DNA from: Negaprion brevirostris
Lineage: Eukaryota
Direction of reading: 5' to 3'
Assembly (NCBI GenBank): GCA_030324005.1
Contig: JARDVH010000031.1
Coordinates: forward strand, 48,834,035-48,898,034
DNA length: 64,000 bases
Numbering within the stretch: position 1 is the first letter of the stretch; each line of letters opens with the position of its first letter. The position numbers and the translations under genes are program-made. This document shows positions 52,492-64,000 of the stretch, one piece after another. The notes under the pieces were generated by a model, which did no database searches, was not told the DNA's origin, and saw only the letters and a program-made list of their open reading frames with translations.

Positions 52492-52799
52492 TCTGTTACC
52501 AACTCAGTCACCAATTTTTCTAACTTTGTTCCAACCTTCTTTTTTCTCCATATCTCAACTGACTCTGACATCACTACCATTTATTTAAAAAATCCGCTGG
52601 TTTTGCTTTTAGCTCTTAAATGACTGACTTGTGGAACGTGTCAACCTTAAAATACAACAGGATGCTGAGTTCATTTTGAGTACAGTACCTCATTACTGTG
52701 ACACAATGGGTTGCAGTACCAAGAAGAAGTCCTACTGCAGCTCATTGGTTCTAGGCCAGACCGATTTTGGATGACCTGGAGGCCATTCTGACTGGCATC

Positions 52800-53390
52800 T
52801 AAGTAAGTCCAAGGAAAGGGGTGATTGTGGATGTAAGGGGCCCATTGTAAAAGATCTTCATGGATCTTGGATTTGTAGTTGGCTGGACTGTCAAGTAAAA
52901 TTGTGGATGTGATCTCCACTCCAACCAGTTGTTTATTAAAAATGGCAAAAAGCATAAATCTTGTCTTGGGTGACAAGAAGATATTGATAGAATGGTCAAA
53001 TAGGCAGATAAATGGCAAACAGAATTTAACCCTGATAAATGTGAGGTGATGCACTTTGGAAGGAGTAATTTCACAAGGAAGCACTCAATGAATGGTAGGA
53101 TATTTAGAAGTTCTGTGGAACAAAGGGACCTTGGCATATTTGTCCACAGATCTCTGAAAGCGGAAGGCATGTTAGTAGGGTAGTAAAAATGGCACATGGG
53201 ACACTTGCCTTTATCAATTGAGGCATAGATTACAAAAGCAGAAAGTCATGTTGGACTTGTACAGAACTTTGGTGAGGCCACAGCTAGAGTATGGTGCATA
53301 GTTCTGATCAGTACATTATAAGAAGGATGTGATTGTACTGGAGGACACATAGAGGCAGTTTACCAGGATGCTGCTTGGGATGTAACATTT
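52800..53390 (+). mobile_element. CR1 LINE fragment
   Basis: ADKWQ.EFNPDKCEVMHFGR, QRDLG..VHRSLK, LYRTLVRPQLEY. Confidence 0.88.
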
Positions 53391-54230
53391 AGGGGCAATT
53401 TTACCATTTTTTTCTAAGTGCGGGACGGTCTTGAAACTGGGAGAGTTTCAGATCTGTCATTTGAGTGTGTTTTTAGGTCCCCCCCTTACGTAATCTGCCT
53501 GCAAAATGTTGAGCAAGTCTGTTGCTCGCTGCAGAAACCTGTGGGTGGTTCTAAACATGTCCAAAAGCTTGCAGACGGAGGTGGTGCACATGTGCTGGCC
53601 TCTGATGCTGCACATGCGCATTAGCAATAGCAGGGGTCTGACAGAAAAGAGAAAGCTGTCAGGCACCTGCTGGTGCAGGCAGTCTGGAGCAGTTCCCCTC
53701 ACTGAAATCACAGGGGCTTGCAGCCTGAGAAATAGTCCCTGCTGAGCACCCCTCACCACCCAGAATGAGCGCAGAACTCCCCTCCACCAATCGCGGACCT
53801 GCCATCCTCCCCCGAATGATTGCTGCAGAGTGGCAGAGGGACCCTTTTCCCTCTTCCCTCCCCACCCCCCCGTCACGATCCTTGCAGAGTGGCAGTGGGC
53901 CCCCTCCCCCCATTAGCCCACCTCTGGCACTTCCCAGTGGGCATTGCCCAGGTGCCAGACACCAGTCTGGCACACCCCAAGGAGTACCCTCCTTGCCCTT
54001 GGGCCTTCCCGGGGGCCTCAGTAGCCTCCAGTTCCACCAGCGAGGTGAAGTTGACTGCTCCCCATTCATGGTGAGCATTTCTATTCCTTACCGGTGAGGA
54101 CCTTTCCCGATGAGTTCAGAAAAGGGGCTGAGCCCGGACAATTGAGTGCTGGGCTCAGTAAGCAGATGTAAAACAGCATTAAAATAAATTTACATACATT
54201 AACCTGCCTCTCACCCATTTCCTCATGGGT
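53391..54230. mobile_element. Harbinger-type non-autonomous element
   Basis: Starts ggggcaattttacca; 53930-54170 resembles the arms of the 42.7-kb element. Confidence 0.6.
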
Positions 54231-54889
54231 CTCATGCAGCTGTTCACCTACTCTACTTTTACGTCCTGGCTCTCCAGCCACAATCAGAGACTTCAATTTG
54301 TCCTATTCACAGCCTTGGTTCCTCAACACAGTGACTCATCAATCCTGAACTTCTGTTCCAGCCCCTTGCGGCAGCCTGTACTCTCTCTCTTGCTGTCTCT
54401 CTCCATAAGGGTTATTCTCCCTCTTCCTCCTCCAGCCCATGCTCCTACCTCAGGTTCTACTCTCCCAAATTGCCAAGGACTTTGATTCTGGTCCCAAGGG
54501 GAGCCCTGGGGAATGACCAGGTCTCCTGCTTGTCATCCCTAGCCAACAATTGCTGCTACAGGGACCTTGTGCCCTGCAGGAATGATCTGCAGTTGGCACA
54601 GCCCTGTCTCCTGCCCCACTCCAAAGCTAGAAGTCAGGACATTGAAGGTCTGCTCACCTCCCCAACTACATTAGCATGACTTGAGGCGAATATACATAAT
54701 ATAACATGAGCCCTAGTGATCATTGATTTCATGACTGCAGAAATTAATGTCGTCCACTTTTTCCATTGTTTTTCCTTTGAACCAGTTCTGATATAGAAGA
54801 ACTAGTGTTTATGTTTCATTTCCAGTGAAGGCACTGGTGACCCAACTAATAGGCTATTTCTATGTCCTTGTCTATTTTCTGTTTTCTTT

Positions 54890-55085
54890 CAGTTATGTCC
54901 AATCAAATCCAATTAAAGTCCAATTCAAAGTCTCAACCAGCGCGACATTACAGATCCAAGCTGACAAGACAGGCTGCCCTCTTCCTGTCTTGGGCTTGAT
55001 CTGCATGATCCAAGCTGATAGGAGCAGGAATTGCACCCCCTCCAGTGCTTGATCTTGTTTGCATCTTAGCCAAAAGGCCTAAATA
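54890..55085 (-). repeat. U2 snRNA-headed short repeat with two tandem hairpins
   Basis: GGCCTTTTGGCTAAGAT (55079-55063) equals U2 nt 11-27; then two AGATCAAG...TCAGCTTGGATC units; tail shared with positions 1-60. Confidence 0.65.
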
Positions 55086-56727
55086 CTGTTTTTAAAAAAA
55101 TAATTCAAATGAAGCCTCAGTGCAACCTCATTGACTTCTATCAAGTGTATTTTCTATGTTGTACATTTCAGATACAGTGATATGCTTAGAGATTATTTTG
55201 ATACAAATCAATGAGGTTAGAGGACAGGTGTCACATGATATATTTCAGATTTAGAGTAGCATATATCTACTATTTAGCACTTTACTGCCACTTAATACCT
55301 AGATTTTTATCTTGGCTACGAAAAAGGTCACAAAACACAGCTCACTTAAGTGGTGGATATTACAATGAACATTTTAATAGCACATGCAAATTCTGAAAGT
55401 AAGTACTGGAAGCTGGTTTTACACATGGGCCTGATTCTAGTTCTGGATCTGCAACGGGAGATTAACAGACAATGCGTGCCCAACAGTCACCCATTATTAT
55501 CAGCTTGTGGCCTGGACTTTAATTACATGCTTTCAGAAAGCTGCCATTGTCAAACAAACGTTCCAAGACGTCTGTGTTTGGGGAGATTGGGAAATGGGCA
55601 GACTTCAGTGGGAAGCTAGCTGACATTTAGAGTGTCCTTGTTCCTCCTGGCCGAACAAGAATAAAAGTTTAAAAAAAAATCTTCGGCTGCGTTCTGAGTG
55701 GCCACCAATAATTTGGTTAGACCTTTGATTAACCTACTAAATGTTGGTAGAAATGTGTAGAGCATGCATGGTGCATGTTTTCCAAACATTTTTCTTAGTT
55801 GTCATCAGTGTTCTATCTTTGTGTATATTTATCTTACATTGAATTTCGAGCATAGATACAGGTCCATTTGCCTAACTGGTCTTTTCTAGTTTTTATCCTG
55901 CACCTGATCTTCCTATAACATTTACTTCACATCTAACTTTATCAGCATATCCTTCTGTTCCCTTCTGTCACATACTTTCCCTTAAATGCATCTATGCTAT
56001 TTCCCTCAACCACTTCATGTGGTAGCAAATTCACATTCCCAGGACCTCTCTTTGCATTTTACAAGTGACCTCCCTTCAGAAATGGATGAGGTGTCTGGTT
56101 TCCCATCTGAGAATCCTCTATTAATTGGTAAGTGACTCAATGTTGATACTGTCTCATTTAATTATATCCAGCTACAAAACAAAAAAAAGTGGCACTATTT
56201 TTCTTCAGAGCAGTGTTGGGCACAATGTTATTATGTATTTTGAAAGGTAGCTGGTGTAGTTTGAAATTTTGTTGCTTACGTTATGTAACCGATAAATAAA
56301 TATCTTTCATTAACAGGATTTTTAAATGCCTAGTCAGCAATTTTTTTCTAAATGCTGATTAATTTATACAATCGTTTCACTGTCAGGATAAAGTGACAGA
56401 TTGCCATGAGAAAATATCACAGTTACTTGAAATCTGAAATTTAAACAAATCTGAAAATGGTGGAAACATCATAGCTGTTCAAACAGCATTTATGGAGAGA
56501 GATGAAGTTAGGGTTAACATTTCAGTCCTTTGACCATTTATCAGAACAGGTTTGTAGACCAGTAAATCTACTTTCTCCTCTCCACAGATGTTGTCTGACC
56601 TTCACTGCGCCTCCTGCATTTTCTTGATATAATGAGGTTTAGGTCGCCCATAATTGCCAAATTTTCATAAATGGAAGCTAGAAATGGCCAGATATTACAT
56701 AAAGTTGAGTGAATGTATATCCTGTAC

Positions 56728-56886
56728 CTGACTGTATTGGAAATTAACTTGCAATGCATCAGGTTGGCAGCAGGTGTTCTGAGCCAGCAAAATGGTTCCT
56801 TTTCACATAAACTAGCATGGTGACCAGGATGGATAACGTCCATTGAAAGATTTATGATTCTTTCAGGCTTAGTTAAGAAAGAAGAA
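56728..56886 (-). CDS. Candidate 159-nt exon (SSFLTKPERIINLSMDVIHPGHHASLCEKEPFCWLRTPAANLMHCKLISNTV)
   Basis: tatttcag acceptor, gtacag donor, single open frame, phase 2 to 2, unique sequence. Confidence 0.4.
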
Positions 56887-57667
56887 CTGAAATATATGAA
56901 ACTCCTGATATATTCAACAAGTGAGAGATAGAGTATTATGTTGTAGGTCTTTTCAATGATGGAACTATTTATGTAACAGCACATACTGATTTTAAAAAAA
57001 TGATATTCTGCAGAAAGCTGCTTTCTGAAATCGCTCAACAGAATCAAAGGGAACAAGAAGAAAATGAACCTAGATGGTTTTGAAATAGTTTTAGACTGCT
57101 TAACTGAGAATTGTGCTTTGCATTACAAAATTATTTATGAACATATTGTAATGGAACTACAAAATTGACATTGATAAAGCAATAACTCAGAGAGCTTAGT
57201 TATAAAGGAACAGTGAACAGCAATGAATTAGCAGCTTGTTAGGGTAGCAAGTAACAATCATTGTGAAAAGTGGGGAAAACCGTAGCAGAGGGTAAAAGTT
57301 TAGAACTAAATGCACTCCCAGTAGAATGATTGAAAGGTAATGAAGACCAAGAGGAACTGAGCGTCTATTGTAAAAATGATAGATATCCCATTTATATGTC
57401 TCTAAAGAAACAAGGCACTATAATTTTCATGGAAAGGGACATTTCCAAGCAGCACACAGGAATGAAAAATCAATTACTAATGTTTAAGAGGGTCAGTGCT
57501 TTTCCGGGCATGTTGAAAAGTAAAGAAACCTTTGGGTAGTAAAATTGTTCCTTGCCAAATTTATAATAAAGTTTAGGATTGAATCAAGCAGACATGTTGC
57601 CAGTAGCTGATTTGCAATATAAAGACAAAACAAAGGAAACCAATGTAATGCTTAAAAACATCTCCAT

Positions 57668-58903
57668 AGGCTGTATTTTACAGCCTCCCACCATCATGTG
57701 TAAAGGTGGGTTGGGGGGGCTCACAAAATGCAGCATGAGGTCACCAGCCACCACCATCTTGCCTGCTGCAGACCTGTCTCCCAGTGGGTAGTGAAGGCAT
57801 CAGACATCCAGCCCATCATTGGGCCTGTTGAAGCCTTTAAGTGGCCAATTAATGGCCACTCAGATGCCTCAACCTGCTCTTGCTGCTATTTTATCCATGG
57901 CAGGGGAAAGCCCATACCAATTGAATATCCAGGTTTCACTGGAAGAGCCAGAGGCAAGGGAGTGGGGAGCCTTCTTTGGGGATCTCCTGTGCCCATCAGA
58001 GGAATCCCCACTTCAAGGGCAAACTGGGGCGTGATACTGAATGGGTTGAGCGAGTGGGGAGTTAGGGGAGATGAAGAATGAAGTGCCCCCTTTTTTTCTC
58101 ACATTTTCACCCTGTAGGAATTGGTTCTTACTTGAGGACAGAGGAAGAAGCTAGCTATCCGGTGAGTATCTGGTAAGTGATTAATGTCTATTCTATTCCT
58201 AAGATTAACAATAGTTGGNNNNNNNNNNNNNNNNNNATAAGGAATAATAGGCTTAATAGAATATATAAACAAGGAAAATAGTTAATTTAATCAAATAATT
58301 AAGTAGTTCAGGTTGGCAAGGCAGGCAATGTGTCATGGCTGCAGCATGTGGGAGCTCCTGGATGCTATTCCAATCTTGGACAAACATGTCTGAGGCAGAG
58401 CTCAATAGATTCTTGATACATAAGGGGGTGAAAGGTGGGAATGTGGAGTTAGGGTTACAGTCAGATCACCGATGATTTCGTTGAATGGCAGAGCAGGCTC
58501 GAAGGGCCAAGTAGCCTAATCCTAATTTCCTAAATTCATATGTTTGCTGTCTACACACCCTCCCCTACTGGCTGCTCAAACATGCTTCCCCTTTGCTAGG
58601 ATCTGTCATGTGGGCCCTGCTGATGTTCTGGACTTACTTGACTTCTGGCCTCCATAACCTTTTCTTCGATGGAGAATGTTCGCTGTCTCATCAGTGGCCA
58701 CTGTTAATCCTGGGGCAATTAAATTGGCCAGCAGCTTGCTGAAGCGGGACTTCCTCCATAGATGGACATGGAAACCAATTAATGCACCTCCGAGTGCAAA
58801 ATAGCAAGACCGCAAGGCAGCTGCTTCTTGATGTAGGGCTCCCAACTGACTTTTCGGTTTGTGGGGGCTATGGGAAAATACAATGTTCTGTAAAATCCAG
58901 TCC
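57668..58903. mobile_element. Harbinger-type non-autonomous element with nested CR1 pieces
   Basis: TIR aggctgtattttacag / ctgtaaaatccagtcc; exact 3-bp duplication CAT on both flanks. Confidence 0.75.
58150..58545 (+). mobile_element. CR1 5' end (ORF1 zinc finger) joined to a CR1 3' end
   Basis: MCHGCSMWELLDA....HV followed directly by atagattcttgat...gcaggctcgaagggcc...tcatatgtt. Confidence 0.65.
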
Positions 58904-61611
58904 CATTTTCCTGTGCGTAACTATAAAGAAATACAAGATGGATCTGTGTGATTCCATCTTTTGAGAAAAAAAGTAATCTATATTGAATGAAGCCATGTGT
59001 GTGCACTATTAGAATGTTACATTATTTAAGCTTCTGGTTAAATATCATGAACGGAAATGGTAAGGAGAGAACACACTTGGTATCCTGGCAGAGATAAATA
59101 TACATTGACTAAAATTTACTGTGTAAGTCAAAGCATTTCAGCTATAGCAAATCAGCTATAGTTGGTAAAAAGTGGGTCAAGAAGGTGAAATCTGTCAGAT
59201 AATTATGCAACAGTGCATTCTTGGAAAATCAAGGAAAAGTAGAGCTAGTTTAGAGCACTAATATTTTATTGAGACATGACCAGAGGATTGATGATTCACA
59301 ATGTACTTCTTTCAAAAAGCATTCAGTTAGTGATTGCTGCATTATACTCTGACATCTTAAATAATATACATGCAGGACACCAAGTGACTTGAGAGGCAGA
59401 TACTGAATTAAGGAAAGTGGTCAAGCTTGAACAAATTGTCAATAATTGCTCTTGAGTTTTTAGGAAGAGAATAAACTTATCTTAATGTACAATTCCTCGT
59501 GATCTGGNNNNNNNNNNNNNNNNNNNNNNNNNNNNNNNNNNNNNNNNNNNNNNNNNNNNNNNNNNNNNNNNNNNNNNNNNNNNNNNNNNNNNNNNNNNNN
59601 NNNNNNNACAATTCCTCGTGATCTGGCAGAGCAGCAAAGGACAAAACAGAAAAGAGATTTATCGATTGAGTTGCCTGTGCCTGCTGCACCATTTGTTTTC
59701 ACCCTTATATGATGGACAAAGAACTGTGAGTCGACTTCTTGTTAGTCCAGTAATATTTATTCACATACACGAATGATATTAATCACCCACACAATAAATA
59801 CTAAGTTATCTTACAGAATACTAAAGTTCAAGTCCAATACTAGACCTTGATTTAACTTTTGAGTGACTTGCAAGTACCCAGGCAGATATTGGTCTTTACC
59901 TGCGTGTTGGTCTCTGTAGTCCTCTGCATAGTCTGGTCCTTCGGTCTGGCCTGATACTCTGGCTCTGGTGTTCCTTCCTTCTTTGGAGTGGTGATTCTTT
60001 TACTGGTTATTGGTGGCGATGGTCACGTTGTTGTTTTTTTATTGGGGGCAGAGAGAGAGAGAGAGATTCTTCCATTGTGCAGCACCTTTTATCCCTCATT
60101 GGTATCATGCCCTTTTGGACAGTCTCTTGATTATTGCCAGTCAATTAATCAGTGCTTGATCACCCTGATCAATAGAGTCCAGTCAGATGCTGCGACACCA
60201 ATCTCTGAGTATTCACCCAATGGCCATGTCTAGAGGTGCTGGAAGCACGTAGGCCACATACCTCCCTCCCAAATGAGGGGTTAAGGCTTCCCTTTGGTAA
60301 ACAAGTATGTTTGACCAAAGGGTATCCATTGTCGTCCCGTGTTTTCAGTCGTCCGAGCTGCAGCCTGTTTTATCTCTGTCCTTTAAGCTGCAGCCTGCCT
60401 GTTTCTGTAGTAGGCCAATTATCCCAGCATACTTTTGTAAATCGCCGCCTTACGTGGCCCGCTCAGCCACAGTTGACTTGTAGACTACTTTACATCACTC
60501 AAACAACCAAAACCGTATCACAGACATAGCCATCTGAAAAACTGGAAAAAAGTATGTTGCATATTCAGTGTGATATTGTAGTGCAATTGATAATATATAT
60601 AGTATATAAAAATATTTTTATGTTTAAGAAGAATGTTTAAAAATTCAGCTTTATGCTACAGGTAGTCAGTATGTTTGGAGGGAATGCATCCTGTTGGGAG
60701 AGCAGGATAATTACTCATTTTAACTTTGCAAGTGATTATGTTAAGTAAAGTTAATGGACTTTTGTTTACTTAAGTTCCCCTGGGACTTCTGATTAGACTG
60801 ATTCACAGGGTCATGTTGTGATGTGGTTTTTGTGCCGTCCTGGATCTACATAAGAACATAAGAAATAGGAGCAGGAGTAGGCCATCTAGCCCTTCGAGCC
60901 TGCCCCGCTATTCAATAAGATCANNNNNNNNNNNNNNNNNNNNNNNNNNNNNNNNNNNNNNNNNNNNNNNNNNNNNNNNNNNNNNNNNNNNNNNNNNNNN
61001 NNNNNNNNNNNNNNNNNNNNNNNAGTCCCTCCAGTCTGTCGAGCACCGCCTCTCTAGTAACAATAATGACATTGAGACCCTCCAGTCCTACCATCTTTCC
61101 TACCATCTGTTGCAGAGAAAACCTTTCACAGAGAGCAGTTTAGTTTATAGCTGAAGCCCGGTTAAAGTTAGAAGGATTTGCAGGTTTCTGTAACTCTATT
61201 TCTCTCTGAAAGCTTTAAGACTGTCTACATTCATTATAGCAAGTACACTTATGGTTACTAACTATATTTAAAGTGGCATTTAAGTCTAAGAGGAATATTG
61301 TTTATTTAATACTGAAACAGTGATAAGTTAGAAATTAAAGTTGTTTCTATTTAAAATATTGTTCAACTGTTAATAGATAAGTTGCTTCATTTGTTAGAGC
61401 TTTATTTTAGTTGTATTATTAAATAAAATTTGAATTACGATAAACTATCCCCAATTTGGCAGTGGGATGATTCCTGGTAGGAGGTATCCTTTCCTCACAC
61501 TTATGCCAAAAGTATCCTTTCCTCACACTTATGCCAAAATAGAAAATTGTTGGGGTCTCGTCTCGCTTCATAACATACTTTGTGGTTCTCTTCTGGGATC
61601 CTAACAATAAA

Positions 61612-62040
61612 ATTATAGAATGGTTATAGCACAAAAATAAGCCATTAAGCCTGTCAACTCTGTACTGGCCTTCTGAAGGATAATTCATCTAGTGCCACTT
61701 CCCTGCCTTTTCTCCATAGCCCTGCAATTTTTATTCCATTTCAGATAATGATTCAGTTCATTTTAGAAATCCTCAGTTGACCTTGCCTCCACCAAACTCA
61801 GGCAGCACTTTCCAGATGCTAATAATTTGCTGCATGAAAGAAGGTTTTCCTCATGTTGCCATTGCTTCTTTTGCCAATTACCTTAAACCTATGCTCTCTG
61901 GTTTTCAACCCTTTTTCCAGTGGGAACAATTTACTCTTATCTACTCTGTACAGACTCCTCATCATTTTGAATACCTCTATTGGATCTCCCCTCAACTTTC
62001 TCTTCATCAAAGCAAAAAGTCACAACTTTTCCAATCTAAT
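61612..62040 (-). mobile_element. CR1 LINE 3' fragment
   Basis: KRKLRGD.IEVFKMMR...RVD..KLFPL..G.KTR.HRFKVIGKR. Confidence 0.88.
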
Positions 62041-62585
62041 AGTACAAATTCTAGAGCACTGATATTTTGAAGCTCCATAACGTAAGCCATCAAGGCTACC
62101 CTTATCTCTGAGTTCCACAAAATTGAATATTGAAGAGATTTCAGTGGTTTGAATGGAATTAGACAGGTACCCAGAATATCAGTAAGACTAAGATCTTTAT
62201 TATTTATTTTGAAGTGGATTGAAATATTCTTTTTAAAGAACATGAGAAGTAGCTATTCTCTCACATCTATGTAATAACATAAAGGACAGCGGCACTTCTG
62301 AATGACTACACAGCTAGAGAAAACAGATGTAATTTGGTGTGGAATGATGCATAGTTGCAAAGTTTTCATGATACAGATGGTACAAGAAAATTTCCAGGAA
62401 ACAAATAAACATGTTTGTTGGTCAGACATCTTACATCTGAGTCTTGGAAAATTGTTTTAATTACATTACATAGGGTGAGAAATTGCACTTGTTCCTTGTG
62501 GGGGCTACAAGTGCACATAGAACTCAAAGTGTATGCCACACTTGCACAATTTTGGGGAGGGTCATACTGAATTTAAAAAATATAC

Positions 62586-62720
62586 ATTTTCATTCAAGGG
62601 ATGTGGGCTTCATTAGCTAAGCCAGCATTTATTGCCCATCCCTAATTATCCTCGAGAAGGTGGTGGTGAGCTCCTTCTAGAACTGCTGCAGCCCATGTGG
62701 TGTAGGTACACCCACATAGT
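62586..62720 (-). mobile_element. 3' tail of non-LTR element (same family as the insert at 1579-1685)
   Basis: gggatgtgggc...ccagcatttattgcccatccctaatt..cctcgagaaggtggtggtgagct. Confidence 0.7.
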
Positions 62721-63574
62721 AATGAGGGTGCTCCTGAGTGTGCAGTGAAGACCCACATAAATATTCAGCATTGGCAGATAATGACATGTACTGTAACAAT
62801 GCTTCTGTTACCTGGATGAGTCTGGAGAAGCTTTGCAGTATTCAAAAAAAAGATTCAGAATTTGTGATGGTCTTCTGCATNNNNNNNNNNNNNNNNNNNN
62901 NNNNNNNNNNNNNNNNNNNNNNNNNNNNNNNNNNNNNNNNNNNNNNNNNNNNNNNNNNNNNNNNNNNNNNNNNNNNNNNNNNNNNNNNNNNNNNNNNNNN
63001 NNNNNNNNNNNNNNNNNNNNNNNNNNNNNNNNNNNNNNNNNNNNNNNNNNNNNNNNNNNNNNNNNNNNNNNNNNNNNNNNNNNNNNNNNNNNNNNNNNNN
63101 NNNNNNNNNNNNNNNNNNNNNNNNNNNNNNNNNNNNNNNNNNNNNNNNNNNNNNNNNNNNNATAGCACTGGGATATTGCATAAAACAGTCAAGTAACCAC
63201 CCATATACAGTCAACTTGTGCCTGCATCTCCTAACATGCTAAACCTGTCTCTAATGTATTCTTTAAGTCATGTGCAGTGCCAATATTTAAACTGGTGGTA
63301 ACCAATTGAAATCATGTGATGGTATTGTGTCGCCATGATCATTCTCTTCTTAATATTTCTCCACTTCTTGACTAGCTCTTACATCAGGCGAGGATTGTGA
63401 TGCAATGAAGTTTGGTGGAGAGGGTGGTGGTATTTAAGATGTGCATTTTTTTTGCCATCTGCAGCTTATAAATCAGAAGAGAGCAGGATGATGGGGATGT
63501 GAGAAGGGGGATTGGGTATGAATATTTTGTCATCTTTGGCAGTTTCAGCCCCAAGCAAAACAGATCACACAAAA

Positions 63575-64000
63575 AGAAAAGTGGCTTACCACAAGGTAGA
63601 AATTTTGCATCCTTGCTATTCAATATTTATACCAACGACCAGTCCATTCATCCTCATATCAGAAATTTCCTCTATTCTAATGACCTCTGTATAACATGTC
63701 AGGACCAAGCCTTCCATATAGTAGGTGCACTTGCTGATCTAACCAGCTGCTATGTGATTAATCATCTGTGGGCCAAAACTGAAAAGACACAGCTCAATTC
63801 TTTTCAAAAGAGATGGTCGAATTAGAGAACTCTGACATGGAACTTCAAGCCAGTGTATTTTGGAGTAATGTTAAATCGCAGCCCAAGCTTCAAAGATCAT
63901 GTCATCAATACTGAGGTAACGGCGACAGCCAGAAGCAGCATCTTAAGGAAGCTGGTCAACTCTAAATGGGATACTGGCCTGAGAACATTATGAACAACAG
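63575..64000 (+). mobile_element. Vingi/Ingi-like (I group) LINE RT fragment, runs off the window
   Basis: GLPQG...A.LLFNIYTNDQ....FLYSNDLCI (YADD degenerate), KTQ, PVYFGV.L.R..SFK.H, ARSSILRKLVNSKW. Confidence 0.7.

Noticed and set aside
53659-54097. Pro/Gly-rich ORFs (also 13138-13774 and 33257-33754)
   Set aside because: They arise from C/G-rich interiors of non-autonomous transposons.
54952-55054. Repeat-spacer-like look of the two AGATCAAG...CTTGGATC units
   Set aside because: Not a CRISPR array: only two units, eukaryotic context, no cas genes, and the variable parts are self-complementary stems.
59486-60520. Possible solo LTR ending in tatcaca
   Set aside because: No matching TSD or clear left boundary could be established.

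Overview
Repeat-dense, gappy (N-run) eukaryotic genomic DNA, almost certainly from a cartilaginous fish (shark). The evidence is HE1/V-SINE-like SINEs, HER1/CR1 LINEs, a DeuSINE-like SINE, Rex1/Babar LINEs, Gypsy LTR remnants, a Penelope-like element, a Vingi-like LINE and many PIF/Harbinger-type elements with 3-bp target duplications. There is no intact long ORF: nearly all listed ORFs are transposon debris or read through gaps. Several minus-strand exon candidates of an unidentified host gene are visible, but only at low confidence. The most interesting signals are: (1) a short repeat headed by a U2 snRNA 5' sequence, in which the branch-point-pairing segment is replaced by two tandem hairpins; (2) palindromic Penelope-type elements carrying minimal hammerhead-ribozyme motifs; (3) a repeated exon-pair pattern in the putative host gene. 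All family names come from motif recognition by eye, not database searches, and most boundaries are approximate.
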